DNA of 63,430 nucleotides from Abditibacteriaceae bacterium (GTDB taxonomy: Bacteria > Armatimonadota > Abditibacteriia > Abditibacteriales > Abditibacteriaceae), in assembly GCA_031372065.1 (NCBI GenBank), contig JANMKN010000273.1, positions 1-63,430 on the forward strand. Direction: 5' to 3'. Position numbers and translations under genes: made by a program. The first letter of the stretch is position 1. Every line of letters begins with the position of its first letter. The notes under the pieces are model-generated. The model searched no databases, had not been told where the DNA came from, and saw nothing but the letters and a program-made list of their open reading frames with translations. Below, piece by piece: positions 36,402 to 46,540 of the stretch.

Positions 36402-38561
36402 TCAAATTTCTTCGACGCGTAATTGGGCTGTTGCTACTAATTGGTCAAGCCATTTGCCATCGGGTGATACGAGGGGAAACCACCACGCCGTCGGGCGATA
36501 ATTGGTATAACGCAAGCCTTCGCTGGTCATGAGGGCATCGCGGGTGCGACGCAGACGTTCAAGTTCGGCTTCATAGCGCAATTCACGGCGCGTTTGACGC
36601 GCGGCGGCAACTTCTTCGCTGCGTTCGATTGATAGTTTCTCGCGCACCTTTTGCTTGGCTAAGGCGCGCTTTTGGCGCGCGGTTTCGCGTAATGCGCTGA
36701 TTTGCGCATCGAAACGCTGCCGTTCGTGTTCGCAGGCCGCAATTTGCTCGCGCAGAGCCGCAAGTTCCTGATTTTCGCGCTCAAATTGTAAGCGCGTGGT
36801 CTCGCGCTCGTCTTTGGAAAGTTTGCGCGGCTTGCCTGTTGCAGCGTCCATTTCGACGTTGCCTGCGCGGTTTGCTTGCCCTTCTTTGATATCGAAAAGG
36901 CGTTGGCGCAGCGGGTTTAGATTGGCACGAAAATCTTCGCCTTTGGTGCGCTCGATTTGTGCCGCTTGTAAAGTAACGCGCCGCGCTTCGTCGCGCAACG
37001 ATTCGATTTCGCTTTTTAACGTTGAAGTTTGCTCGTGCATGGCCGAAATCGTGGCGTGTGCGGCTTGAAATTCTTCGCTGCGCGTTGTCCATGCGCCGCC
37101 AAAACTGCGCGACAAAAACGCCAATAATTCGCGCGGCGAGCGACAATTTTTCAAATCGGCGCGCAAAGCGTCTTGCGACTCGCAAACATCACTCCAACGC
37201 GCCGCGAATTCACCGGCGGGCAGCGATTTCTGACCAAAGGCGCTTTCCAAGTGCGGCGGCAAATCGAATACGGCGCGCGTTTGCGATAGGGCGTCCCACG
37301 TCGCATATTTGAGGCGCAGCATCGGATGCAAATCCAATTCGAGGCCTGCTTCCCGCAAGGCATCGTTCATTTTCTGCGTGCGCGGCGTGTAGCTGGAGGC
37401 TTTTTCGTGAAACACGAAAATAAATTCCTTCGCCAGCATCGAGATCAGCGAAACCGCTTTGCCAACTAAAACGACATCCGCGCCGAAATTGCTTTCGAGA
37501 ATTTCCGCCAATTGCCCGACGTTTTCACAGTTTGTTTGCAGGACGCGGCGCGGTTCGGTGTCAATCGAAAGCGTGCCTTCCTGCAAATGCAAGGTGCCGC
37601 GCCCGTGACCGGGAATAACCACATCAAAGGGCAACGCGCCGGGGCCAAATTGGTCGAGCGTGTAAATGCCGCTGCCGCGCACTGCGTCGTTGTAACAGCG
37701 CGCGGCGATTTCGCGCGTGGCCGGATTCAAAAACAAATCCACAAATTCAAAACGCGGCAACTGACAGGTTTCGCGGTTGAATTTAAAAAGGCGCAGCGAC
37801 GTGCTGGTGGTGAGATTACACGAGCCGGTGCCGCGCACCATCGCCCACAAGCGCGGCGTCAGCCAACGATAAAAATCCGACAACGTGCCATCGGGGTCTT
37901 GATTCAAATAATCGCGCGTCCAGCCAAAAATCTGGTTGGCATTTTCGCGCGCCATTTTCGCGCACGCCTCGCAAACGCCGTTGTCATTGGTCCACGCGAT
38001 TTGCAGGCTCAAATTGATGGCCCATTCAATTTGCCCCACCAAAGATGGCCCCATATCGCGCAATTTCACATCGCCGGCAATCATCGAACGCGCCGAGGTT
38101 TGCACCAAGGCACGCCAGCCCCACGCGTTGGTTTCTGCATTTAATAAGGCCTCGGCGCCACCGGGATAATCGCGCGCCACGCGGTCAAATTCCACGCCGT
38201 TTTCGGTCAAAAGATGGCGCGACGGCACGATTTCGCTGCCGAACAAGCAGGAAATTTCGCCCGCCGCGCTCCACAGGCCGCGTGTGTCACCGTCGTTGTG
38301 CGAGAGTAAGGCGAATTTCTCGCGGCGTTGCGCTTCGCCCTCGAAGTGCGACAATTTGGCGAAGTAATCGGTATCGTGAACCGCAGCCATCATCACGGCA
38401 TCGGGCGCGACGACTTCCAAAATGCGACAAAAAGCGGCTTTGACAGGCTCATCCCATAAAGCGGTTTGGCCCAAAGTAAGAAACGGCGTTTGCGGAAAGC
38501 GTTTGCGCAATTCTTGAATCGCGGACGCAGAAGAATGAAGATCAGGCATTTTTAAGCTCAA
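36402..38561 (-). CDS. Hypothetical protein with long C-terminal coiled coil
   Basis: 719-aa ORF with host-like codon usage and E/R/A-rich heptads in the C-terminal third. Confidence 0.8.
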   Translation of the reverse strand: MSLKMPDLHSSASAIQELRKRFPQTPFLTLGQTALWDEPVKAAFCRILEVVAPDAVMMAAVHDTDYFAKLSHFEGEAQRREKFALLSHNDGDTRGLWSAAGEISCLFGSEIVPSRHLLTENGVEFDRVARDYPGGAEALLNAETNAWGWRALVQTSARSMIAGDVKLRDMGPSLVGQIEWAINLSLQIAWTNDNGVCEACAKMARENANQIFGWTRDYLNQDPDGTLSDFYRWLTPRLWAMVRGTGSCNLTTSTSLRLFKFNRETCQLPRFEFVDLFLNPATREIAARCYNDAVRGSGIYTLDQFGPGALPFDVVIPGHGRGTLHLQEGTLSIDTEPRRVLQTNCENVGQLAEILESNFGADVVLVGKAVSLISMLAKEFIFVFHEKASSYTPRTQKMNDALREAGLELDLHPMLRLKYATWDALSQTRAVFDLPPHLESAFGQKSLPAGEFAARWSDVCESQDALRADLKNCRSPRELLAFLSRSFGGAWTTRSEEFQAAHATISAMHEQTSTLKSEIESLRDEARRVTLQAAQIERTKGEDFRANLNPLRQRLFDIKEGQANRAGNVEMDAATGKPRKLSKDERETTRLQFERENQELAALREQIAACEHERQRFDAQISALRETARQKRALAKQKVREKLSIERSEEVAAARQTRRELRYEAELERLRRTRDALMTSEGLRYTNYRPTAWWFPLVSPDGKWLDQLVATAQLRVEEI

Positions 38562-38693
38562 TTAAGCCTTTAGTTAAGCAAATTGGAGAGTAAAACGTAA
38601 AAAAACGTCGCGCCCATGACGATTTAATGTTTCTCCGGCGCCCTTTTTGAAAAAGATTTAGTAATTACCCAAGTTGCCAAGAATGCCTGACCT

Positions 38694-38731
38694 CAAAACC
38701 ACCGTCCCCAGCGTAGGGGACGGTGGTTTTG
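38694..38731. terminator. Rho-independent terminator downstream of secA
   Basis: CAAAACCACCGTCCCC..GGGGACGGTGGTTTTG. Confidence 0.8.
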
Positions 38732-38746
38732 CTTTGGGCTATGCCT

Positions 38747-38863
38747 TACCTTTCGCAGGTATAGCTCTACCTTTTGAAGGTAGAAGCCAACCTTTTACAG
38801 GTAGAAGCTAACCTTTTGTAGGTAACCCAACAGGTAGAAGCTAACCTTTTGTAGGTAACCCAA
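38747..38863. repeat. 21-bp-period array of WACCT-N5-AGGTA palindromes
   Basis: Units at 38747, 38768, 38789 and 38810, then a ~33-bp duplication. Confidence 0.85.
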
Positions 38864-38982
38864 GTTGTTCCCTGCCTACTGAAAGACAGATGGCTGTAAA
38901 AAGGGCGATGTCTCGTTTGGAAGAGTTAGCCGGTTCCCTTCCTGTTGTTCTGACCTTCAACGCGTTAAGCGCTTAATTTGGC

Positions 38983-41900
38983 TCACGCCGTTTTGCCGTG
39001 GCATTTTTTGAACTTCTTGCCACTGCCGCACGGGCATGGATCGTTGCGGCCAACACCAGCGAATTTGGGGTCAACTTTCGCGGCGTTGGCATTGGTTTGA
39101 GTCTGCGGCGCCGGGCCACTGCGCGTTACAGCAGGATTCGACGGACGCGTGGCGGGCGCTGATGAAATTGGTGCCGCTTGGCGTTGCGTTTCGCGTTGTG
39201 CTTCGCGCTGTGGCGGGCCGCTCATCATGCCTGCGGGCACAACTTCGCCGCTTTCGTCATCCAAACTGCCATCGCCGTCCGCGAATTCCATTGGCAAAGT
39301 GGTGGTGATGCGGTCTTCCTGCATTCCAAACAAATCGGGGCCGGCATACATTTGTGGTGTTGGTGCGCCGATGTCGGCGTCGAAGATGCCTTCGGCGACT
39401 TCCTTGCGAATTTCGCCCAGCATCTTATGGAACAAGGAGTGGCCTTCCTGACGATACACATGAACCGGGTCTTTTTGAGCGTAGCCTTCTTGCCAGATGG
39501 CATCGCGCAAATAGTCCATTTCGGCCAAATGCTCCATCCAATGATCGTCAATCGAACGCGTCACTTGCCAGCGTTCGAGAGAACGCATGGTTTCTTCGCC
39601 GACTAATTTTTCGCGATCTTGATAAAGCTCTGCAACCACGCCATAAAGTGTGCGGCCATCCTGCAAGCGCGCATCAAAATCGGCTTGCCCCAGAGCAATT
39701 TCGGGCAAATCGAAATACTGCATATCTTCCAAATCAGCGGCTCTCAAATGCTTATGCAGCAAACTGGCGCCGAAGATTTTGGCGTAGTTTGCATACAACT
39801 TGTGCGTGTCCCATTCTTCGGGTTTCACTTCGCGCGGGCAATATTTTTCGGCTTCGGCAACGGCGGCTTTTTGCGCCATATCCAGCACCGTTTCGTGCAA
39901 GTCGCCGCCCATCAAAGCGCGACGGCGTTCGCGATAAATCACTTCGCGCTGCACGTTCATTACGTCGTCATATTGCAAAACGTGCTTGCGGCTCTCAAAG
40001 TGGTTCAATTCCACTTTCTTTTGGGCGCGTTCGATGCTTTTGGAAATCAGCTTGGCTTCGACTGGCTCGTCTTCGTCCCAATTCTTCAAAAGAAACTGCC
40101 CGCGCACGCCAAATAAGCGCCACAATTCGTCTTCGAGCGACACATAAAACTTCGATGAACCGGGGTCGCCTTGACGGCCCGCGCGGCCTCGCAACTGGTT
40201 GTCAATGCGCCGCGATTCGTGACGTTCGCTGCCAATAATGTGCATACCGCCGAGTTCTTTCACAGCTTCCTGCTCGCTGGTGTGCGCAATATCTTCGGGG
40301 CGCGCTTCGCTTTCCAAAACGATGTCGGCGCTTTGTCCGGCCACGCCGGTTTCGATAACGACACTGCTGCCCGTGACTACTTCTTGCGGCGCGTCCTCGA
40401 AAGTCGCCACGCGTTCGGCAACGTAATCTTCGAGTAGCAAAGGCGCTGACCACGGCGCGTTTTTTTCTAAATGCGCGATGACTTTGGCCGCGTCGCGCCC
40501 GTTTTGCATAGCGGCTTCGCGCAGTGTTGGCTCCAAGGCGCCCAACGCGTTTTCAAGGCCAACGCGATAAATTAAAACGTCCACCGGCACTTCCTGCACA
40601 TTGCCACGCTCATCTTGCGCTTGGGCCATCATTTGCGCTTGAAAAACGGAATTTTCATCTACCAAACCAAGGCCTATCATCATTTGATGCAGCCATTCGG
40701 GTTGCAGAAAATCGGCTTCGCCGCCGAGCATTTGGCCCATTTGACCGAGCAAAACCAAGTTCGGCATATCCAAAGCCACTTGCGCGCGGCGGAAACCGGC
40801 ATCTTTATCCCACTGACGCGCTAATTTGCGCGCCGCCAAGACGTTCAGGCGATAATGCACAATCGCATTGTCGCCCAAAATCTCTTGAACTTCTTCGGGC
40901 GCCGCAAACGAACGCTGATTGCTGACTATGTCCCAGCGTTGCAAATACTCGCGCACCCAGTTGGCGCCGATGCCTTCGATGCCAAGATTAAACAGAATCT
41001 GCACATCATTGATTTCGATTTCATCGGACGAAAGCGACTGCCATTTTTGCGCGGCGCCAGTGGCGTTTTCGATGTTTAATTCTTTCAGACGCTTGACCAC
41101 CCATTCGGGCGTGACGTTGCCGATGGCGGCAGCTAAATCATTCGCTTTAAAATCAATCGGCGTTTCGGCGCCGCTTTCTTTGGCGTGCTGCAAAAGCAAG
41201 CGGTCAAGATCGGGCAAGTCAATCAGCGTCTTAACCAATTGCGCGACGGCTTCGTAATTCTGGCGCATCGGAAAACCGATGGCGTTCAGCAAAAGCATCT
41301 CGCCAAAGTCGCGGCCTGTGGCTTGCGTGGCGATGCCGTTTTCCAACATCTCGCGCAACTGCTGCGGCGAGAAACTGAGGCCCATCAAGCGTTTCAGGCT
41401 GTTGTTTAAGGCTTCGAGCGGCCCGTTATCGTTGAGCGATTCGTCGTCAAGCGGCAATTTATCCAGCAAATTCAAGCGCTTGGCGCGCGAACGAATGCGC
41501 TGTTTCAAATCCGCCGACGTGAGTTCGGTGCCCAGGGCGTCGCGAATTTCCTTGGCATTCTGACCGAAAAGCTGGCCGCTGTTTTCCAGTTCCTCGGCGG
41601 CTTGCTGCACATTCAAAACCCACGCCAGCGTTTGCAAAGCATCGGGCGTAAAACGACTTTCCAGTTTATTGGTGGTTTCCTGTGTGCGCGAGCGAACATG
41701 AACGCCTTTGCCTTCGAGTTGGCGGCCCATTACCTGTTGCGTCATGACACGCCAACGCGATTCGGTGTCGAGTGTGCCGCCGAGCAAAATGTCCACGCCG
41801 CGTCCGGCCATGTTGGTGGCAATCGTCACGGCAGCGGGCCGCGCGGCTTCGGCGATAATGCGCGCTTCGTTGCGGTGATTCTTGGCGTTCAAAACGTTGT

Positions 41901-44900
41901 GTGGCAAGCCGTTTTTCAAAGCGCTGCTTAAACGTTCGCGGTCAGGATTAGAAACAGTAAACAGACCGAGCAGCTTGTTGATATTTTCATCGGCCACCGG
42001 GTCGGGATTCATGCCGACTGCTTTGGCGATGTTTTTCACTTGCAGCACATTGAGTTGCTGAACCGGCAAGCGCAAGGCCGTAAAAATCGCTTCGCGCTGC
42101 TCGCCGCCGAGGTTTTTGTCCTGCCACAATTGCCACTTGATGAGGTGCGAGAGCGCCAGCGCTTGCAACGGCTGCGCTTTGAGGCGTTCGGACATTTTTT
42201 CGGAAACATCCACGCTGCGAGTGCCGACCAAAACCGGCTGACCCGACGCATGATGTTCGAGGATTTCCAAAGTGATAGCGCGGAATTTCGCTTCGGCGGT
42301 TTTGTAAACCACATCGGGAAAGTCGGTGCGGCTGACTTTGCGATTGGTCGGAATTGAAACGACTTCGATGCCATAGGTTTTGGCGAATTCCTGTTCTTCG
42401 GTTTTGGCCGTGCCCGTCATGCCCGCCAGCTTGTTGTAAAGGCGAAAATAGTTCTGAATCGTAATCGTCGCCACAGTTTGCGATTCGAGTTGCACTTCGA
42501 GGCCGTGTTTGGCTTCGAGCGCTTCGTGCAAGCCTTCGCTGTAGCGGCGCCCCGGCATTTTGTGGCCGGTGTTTTCGTCCACAATAACGATTTCGCGGCC
42601 ATTTTCGATGACGTAATGCACTTCGCGGTGATACAAAGCATGAGCGCGAACGGATTGATCTAATACCGATTGCACTTCCTGCAATTTCGCTTCGCTGACG
42701 CGGCGGCGCCGCTCGGCGGGCAAGCGCAACACCCGGTCAATCACAGTTGACAAATTCTGATTCGGCGTTTCGGCCTGCGCGCGGCGCACAAGGGCCGCTT
42801 CGTCGTCGGTGATAATCTCCGATGAAATCAGCGAATCGAGAAAGTTGTCCGGGTCGGTAAAGGCCGGGCTACCCGCTTCGCGTTCGGCGATGAGCGTGCC
42901 CATGTCGGTCAGCGAGGCCTGACGGCGCTTTTCGTCTTTGTCAGCGAACCAGCCGAGGCTGATGACCATGCGCTTGTAATCTTCAAACTGCGTGACCTGA
43001 AAACTGCGCTCCAGCAAACGCCAAATTTGACGCTCCAACTGCTCGGCACTGCGATTGGTGAAATCCGCTGCTTTGATTTTGTTTTGCGTTTCTTTGGCAA
43101 GTGGAATGCGGCGCTTGATTTCTTCGACGAAAGCAGGCGCGTTTTCTTCAGTCAAAAGCGGCTCCAAGTGACGATTGACGGCATCGGCGGCGAGTTCGGC
43201 GAAAATCGCGTGCTGCAAAAGTCCTTTGATTGGCTTGTTGAGCAAATCGGCGATGGAATATTCCGCATCGGACGACATTTCCAAAATCGCGCTGACATTC
43301 TTGATGAGTTCCGCGTTTTGCCGGGCTTTGAATTCGTCCCACGCAGTGCCCCATTCTTCGAGGGAAGCGGCAAAAGCGGCCGCTTCGGGCGCGGCCAAAA
43401 GCTGGTGGCTGACAAACGCTTCAAAGCCCGTTGAATAAGTGCCTTCCTGAATTGCTTCGCGGATGGATTGCGTGTTTTCGTCGGGCAGTTGAACTGCTTC
43501 TTGAATGCGATGCGCCAGCAAATCGGCGTTTTCGATGCGCCAATCTTGCAACTGGCGTGCGGCTTCGCCCACTAAGGCGGGCAGTTCGGTGTTTTCGCCG
43601 GGTAAGTCGCGCACGGCCAACAAAATGCGCTCGTTTAGTTGCTCGCGCGTGCCGCCTTCGTTCATCATTTCGGCAATGGCACGCTTGGCATCGCGCGGCA
43701 CTTCGACCCATTGCTCTAATTCTTCGACGAGGCGCCCGGCGCTCTCATCGTGGGCGCGTTTTTGATCGGCGGCAAACTGCTTGGCGGCTTTATAGGCTTC
43801 CGCGAGCGCGCCGCTTTTGGTCAGTTCATTTTGCAAGGCGCGCGAGAGTTCATCGGCGTCCTCGCCGCTGGCGGCCCGCTTGGCAATCGTTTCGTGACCG
43901 TGCAATTTCAAGCGCAGCGAATCGGCTTCTTTTTTAAGAAATATTTCGCGCTCATCGTCATATTTTTCGGCAAGCCCGGCAATTTTCTGCGCCACATCGC
44001 CCGGATGCTGAACGATGGCTTGCGCGATTTCTTTGCGCAAACCGTCGCGGCCTTGCGTGAGTCGAACCTGCTCCCACAACTTCTCGCTCATCTCGAAAGG
44101 CAGCAGGCCGCGCAGCGAAATTTGCTCCAAAGCACCAATCACATCGCGCACTTGCGCGGGCGATAATGTATCGCTATCGGGCACCGCTTCGAGCAGCAAA
44201 GTTTCGGCTTCATGCGCGCCACCGGGCACTTCCAGCACGATTTCAATTAAAGCGGGCAACAAGGCGGCTTGGTAGATTTCGAGCGCGCGGCCTACATTTT
44301 CGGGCCGCTCGAATCCAACTAAAGCGGCCTGAATCATCTCCGTCGCGCTTTCCTCCACAATGCCGCGCCGCGCGATTTCTTGCGCCACCAAACGCGCCGC
44401 ATCGGCGTTTTCGTCATCCAATTCAGCATAAACATCGGGCGAAAGGCCCAAATCAGCGGCCAAACGCATCGCATCGAAGCCCAGCACACTGGCGTTGGCA
44501 TAAGCTGCCGCGAATGGTTCCAGCAAATGGCTGATTTCGCGCTGCCACGCGGCGCTGAGTCCGCGTGGGCGCACGGCGTTGGTGGCGATATTTTCGAGTT
44601 GCGCTTTGCCGCCATCGCTAATAAGGCCATCGTTTTTGAATTCGTCGGCCACGTCTAACAAATGCGCGGCGTTTTCGATGCGCGCGCTTTTTTCGCTGAT
44701 AAGATAAGCGTCAATCAAGTAAGAAATCGCTTGGCGGAAGGCACCACGTTTTTCGATTTCGGCCAAAAGCGCGCCGATGTCAATGCGCCCTTTGCTGGAC
44801 AGCATATCCAGCATATTTTCCACTTCGCGCTCGGTGATGGCGGGCATCATTTTGCGCGCGAGGCCGTCGCAAGTTTGCGCCATCGTTTGGCGGCGCAGGG

Positions 44901-45783
44901 CGCGTTCGGTTTTAGCAACCTGCGCCGAAATAATCAGCGGCGTGCGCGCTTCGTCAATGAGAATGTTGTCAACTTCGTCCACAATGGCGAAGTTGAGCGG
45001 GCGCTGCACCATGTCTTCGGGCGTGCGCGCCATGTTATCACGCAGATAATCGAAGCCGACCTCCGAGTTCGTCGCGTAGAGAATATCGGAATTATAAGCC
45101 GCCTGACGCGCCTCATTTTCCATGTCGTTGGTCAAAAACGCCACGGTTAAACCGAGAAATTCGTGAATGGGCCGCATCCAGTTGGCATCGCGCTCGGCCA
45201 AGTAATCGTTGACCGTGATGACATGAACGCCGCGTCCGGTAAGCGCGTTGAGATAACACGGCAGCGTGGCAACAAGAGTTTTGCCTTCGCCAGTGCGCAT
45301 TTCGGCGATGCGTCCCGAATGCAGAACCGCGCCGCCAATAAGCTGCACATCGAAGTGGCGCAGGCCAATAGCGCGATCACCGGCCTCGCGCACAAGAGCG
45401 AAGGCCTCGGAAATGACCTCGTTCAAAACCGCTTTTTCGGCATCGCGGCGCGCTCGAACATAGTCGTCGCTCCACGACATTTCGGTGTCGAGTTCCTGCC
45501 AACCATAGGCTTCGCCGGTTTTGGGGTCTTTCTGCGCGCCAAGGCGCTGCGTGATGCTTTCGCGCACCTTCTTTTTCAGCGTTTGGGAGCGCGCTTTGAG
45601 TTCTTCGTCCGACAAGGCTTTGAGTTCAGGGCCAAGGCGGTTCACTTCGTCCACGATGGGCCGAATTTTGGCGACTTCTTTTTCGTTGCGATCAATAAGT
45701 TTGGACAAAGCGCCCGCAATGCCCGACGATTGTTCGCCCGGCGTTTCGGCGCGCTTGCCGAAAAGATTTTGTAACAGTGACAT
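38983..45783 (-). CDS. secA: Preprotein translocase SecA, giant (~2266 aa) with large insertions
   Basis: [98 protein letters not shown] before ATG 45783. Confidence 0.96.
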   Translation of the reverse strand: MSLLQNLFGKRAETPGEQSSGIAGALSKLIDRNEKEVAKIRPIVDEVNRLGPELKALSDEELKARSQTLKKKVRESITQRLGAQKDPKTGEAYGWQELDTEMSWSDDYVRARRDAEKAVLNEVISEAFALVREAGDRAIGLRHFDVQLIGGAVLHSGRIAEMRTGEGKTLVATLPCYLNALTGRGVHVITVNDYLAERDANWMRPIHEFLGLTVAFLTNDMENEARQAAYNSDILYATNSEVGFDYLRDNMARTPEDMVQRPLNFAIVDEVDNILIDEARTPLIISAQVAKTERALRRQTMAQTCDGLARKMMPAITEREVENMLDMLSSKGRIDIGALLAEIEKRGAFRQAISYLIDAYLISEKSARIENAAHLLDVADEFKNDGLISDGGKAQLENIATNAVRPRGLSAAWQREISHLLEPFAAAYANASVLGFDAMRLAADLGLSPDVYAELDDENADAARLVAQEIARRGIVEESATEMIQAALVGFERPENVGRALEIYQAALLPALIEIVLEVPGGAHEAETLLLEAVPDSDTLSPAQVRDVIGALEQISLRGLLPFEMSEKLWEQVRLTQGRDGLRKEIAQAIVQHPGDVAQKIAGLAEKYDDEREIFLKKEADSLRLKLHGHETIAKRAASGEDADELSRALQNELTKSGALAEAYKAAKQFAADQKRAHDESAGRLVEELEQWVEVPRDAKRAIAEMMNEGGTREQLNERILLAVRDLPGENTELPALVGEAARQLQDWRIENADLLAHRIQEAVQLPDENTQSIREAIQEGTYSTGFEAFVSHQLLAAPEAAAFAASLEEWGTAWDEFKARQNAELIKNVSAILEMSSDAEYSIADLLNKPIKGLLQHAIFAELAADAVNRHLEPLLTEENAPAFVEEIKRRIPLAKETQNKIKAADFTNRSAEQLERQIWRLLERSFQVTQFEDYKRMVISLGWFADKDEKRRQASLTDMGTLIAEREAGSPAFTDPDNFLDSLISSEIITDDEAALVRRAQAETPNQNLSTVIDRVLRLPAERRRRVSEAKLQEVQSVLDQSVRAHALYHREVHYVIENGREIVIVDENTGHKMPGRRYSEGLHEALEAKHGLEVQLESQTVATITIQNYFRLYNKLAGMTGTAKTEEQEFAKTYGIEVVSIPTNRKVSRTDFPDVVYKTAEAKFRAITLEILEHHASGQPVLVGTRSVDVSEKMSERLKAQPLQALALSHLIKWQLWQDKNLGGEQREAIFTALRLPVQQLNVLQVKNIAKAVGMNPDPVADENINKLLGLFTVSNPDRERLSSALKNGLPHNVLNAKNHRNEARIIAEAARPAAVTIATNMAGRGVDILLGGTLDTESRWRVMTQQVMGRQLEGKGVHVRSRTQETTNKLESRFTPDALQTLAWVLNVQQAAEELENSGQLFGQNAKEIRDALGTELTSADLKQRIRSRAKRLNLLDKLPLDDESLNDNGPLEALNNSLKRLMGLSFSPQQLREMLENGIATQATGRDFGEMLLLNAIGFPMRQNYEAVAQLVKTLIDLPDLDRLLLQHAKESGAETPIDFKANDLAAAIGNVTPEWVVKRLKELNIENATGAAQKWQSLSSDEIEINDVQILFNLGIEGIGANWVREYLQRWDIVSNQRSFAAPEEVQEILGDNAIVHYRLNVLAARKLARQWDKDAGFRRAQVALDMPNLVLLGQMGQMLGGEADFLQPEWLHQMMIGLGLVDENSVFQAQMMAQAQDERGNVQEVPVDVLIYRVGLENALGALEPTLREAAMQNGRDAAKVIAHLEKNAPWSAPLLLEDYVAERVATFEDAPQEVVTGSSVVIETGVAGQSADIVLESEARPEDIAHTSEQEAVKELGGMHIIGSERHESRRIDNQLRGRAGRQGDPGSSKFYVSLEDELWRLFGVRGQFLLKNWDEDEPVEAKLISKSIERAQKKVELNHFESRKHVLQYDDVMNVQREVIYRERRRALMGGDLHETVLDMAQKAAVAEAEKYCPREVKPEEWDTHKLYANYAKIFGASLLHKHLRAADLEDMQYFDLPEIALGQADFDARLQDGRTLYGVVAELYQDREKLVGEETMRSLERWQVTRSIDDHWMEHLAEMDYLRDAIWQEGYAQKDPVHVYRQEGHSLFHKMLGEIRKEVAEGIFDADIGAPTPQMYAGPDLFGMQEDRITTTLPMEFADGDGSLDDESGEVVPAGMMSGPPQREAQRETQRQAAPISSAPATRPSNPAVTRSGPAPQTQTNANAAKVDPKFAGVGRNDPCPCGSGKKFKKCHGKTA

Positions 45784-45929
45784 GGAAACTCCTAACAATT
45801 GGTCTTTGTTTTTGGGCGGGTGCCCTTTGGGCAGGTGGTTTGTAGGTTTTTGACTTCCGGCGCAGACACACAAAATCCTGACGTGATAAGCACGCCAAGA
45901 TCAAAGGCCAAAAACCCAAAGCCGAAAAT

Positions 45930-46400
45930 TCAATTCCGAAAACGATTGGTGCGGATGCCGCTGAGTTTGGCGGCTTCGTGAGAAGAAAGAACACTCGCGA
46001 ATGCGGAGTGCCGAATGCAGAGTGCGGAGTGCGAAAACGGCTTAATTGGTTCAGTCGCGTTTAGAGGAGCCGCAGTTTGAAGCGACGAACCCAACTGCGT
46101 AAGTGGGCTGTCAATGTCGTTGTGCGGGCACAAAATTTCGCACGGCGAATGTAGAATTCCGTATTCATCATTCGGAACTCCACATTCCGAAAGGGCCTGC
46201 TTGAGTAAATCGCGCGTGGGCGCGCCTTCGGGCGATTGCAGCCATTGCCAAACGGCTTGCGGCTGTGTGGCGGCGTTATGAATCGGCGCGGCGGCCAAAA
46301 CCGAGGGGGCGACGGTGAGTAGCGCAAACATCACCAGCAGGAGGGGATTCCATTCTCCCCGTCGCCGGTTGTTAAAGATGTTCGCCGCGTGTCGTCGCAT
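45930..46400 (-). CDS. Signal-peptide uORF directly upstream of secA; candidate SecM-like secretion monitor
   Basis: 156 aa with basic N-region, hydrophobic core and VLA-AA cleavage-like site. C-terminus LSGIRTNRFRN. Has its own extended -10 promoter. Confidence 0.6.
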   Translation of the reverse strand: MRRHAANIFNNRRRGEWNPLLLVMFALLTVAPSVLAAAPIHNAATQPQAVWQWLQSPEGAPTRDLLKQALSECGVPNDEYGILHSPCEILCPHNDIDSPLTQLGSSLQTAAPLNATEPIKPFSHSALCIRHSAFASVLSSHEAAKLSGIRTNRFRN

Positions 46401-46432
46401 GATTTTAATTTAAATTCTGAAAAGCCTTACCC

Positions 46433-46441
46433 ATTATAACA
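46433..46441 (-). promoter_or_regulatory. Extended -10 promoter (TGtTATAAT) for uORF-secA
   Basis: Perfect TGnTATAAT about 32 nt upstream of ATG 46400. Confidence 0.65.
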
Positions 46442-46540
46442 GCGTCTTACTAACAGCGTCCGGCAGAAGCGGAGCAGGCAATGGCGCCTTTAGACGGCAA
46501 AACGCGCGCTGGGTTGCCATTGAAAAAGCGGCCCAATCCA

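Noticed and set aside
40280..44920. Inteins in secA
   Set aside because: No C/S...HN-C/S/T splice junctions or LAGLIDADG motifs were seen. The HN in PHNVLNAK is native SecA sequence.
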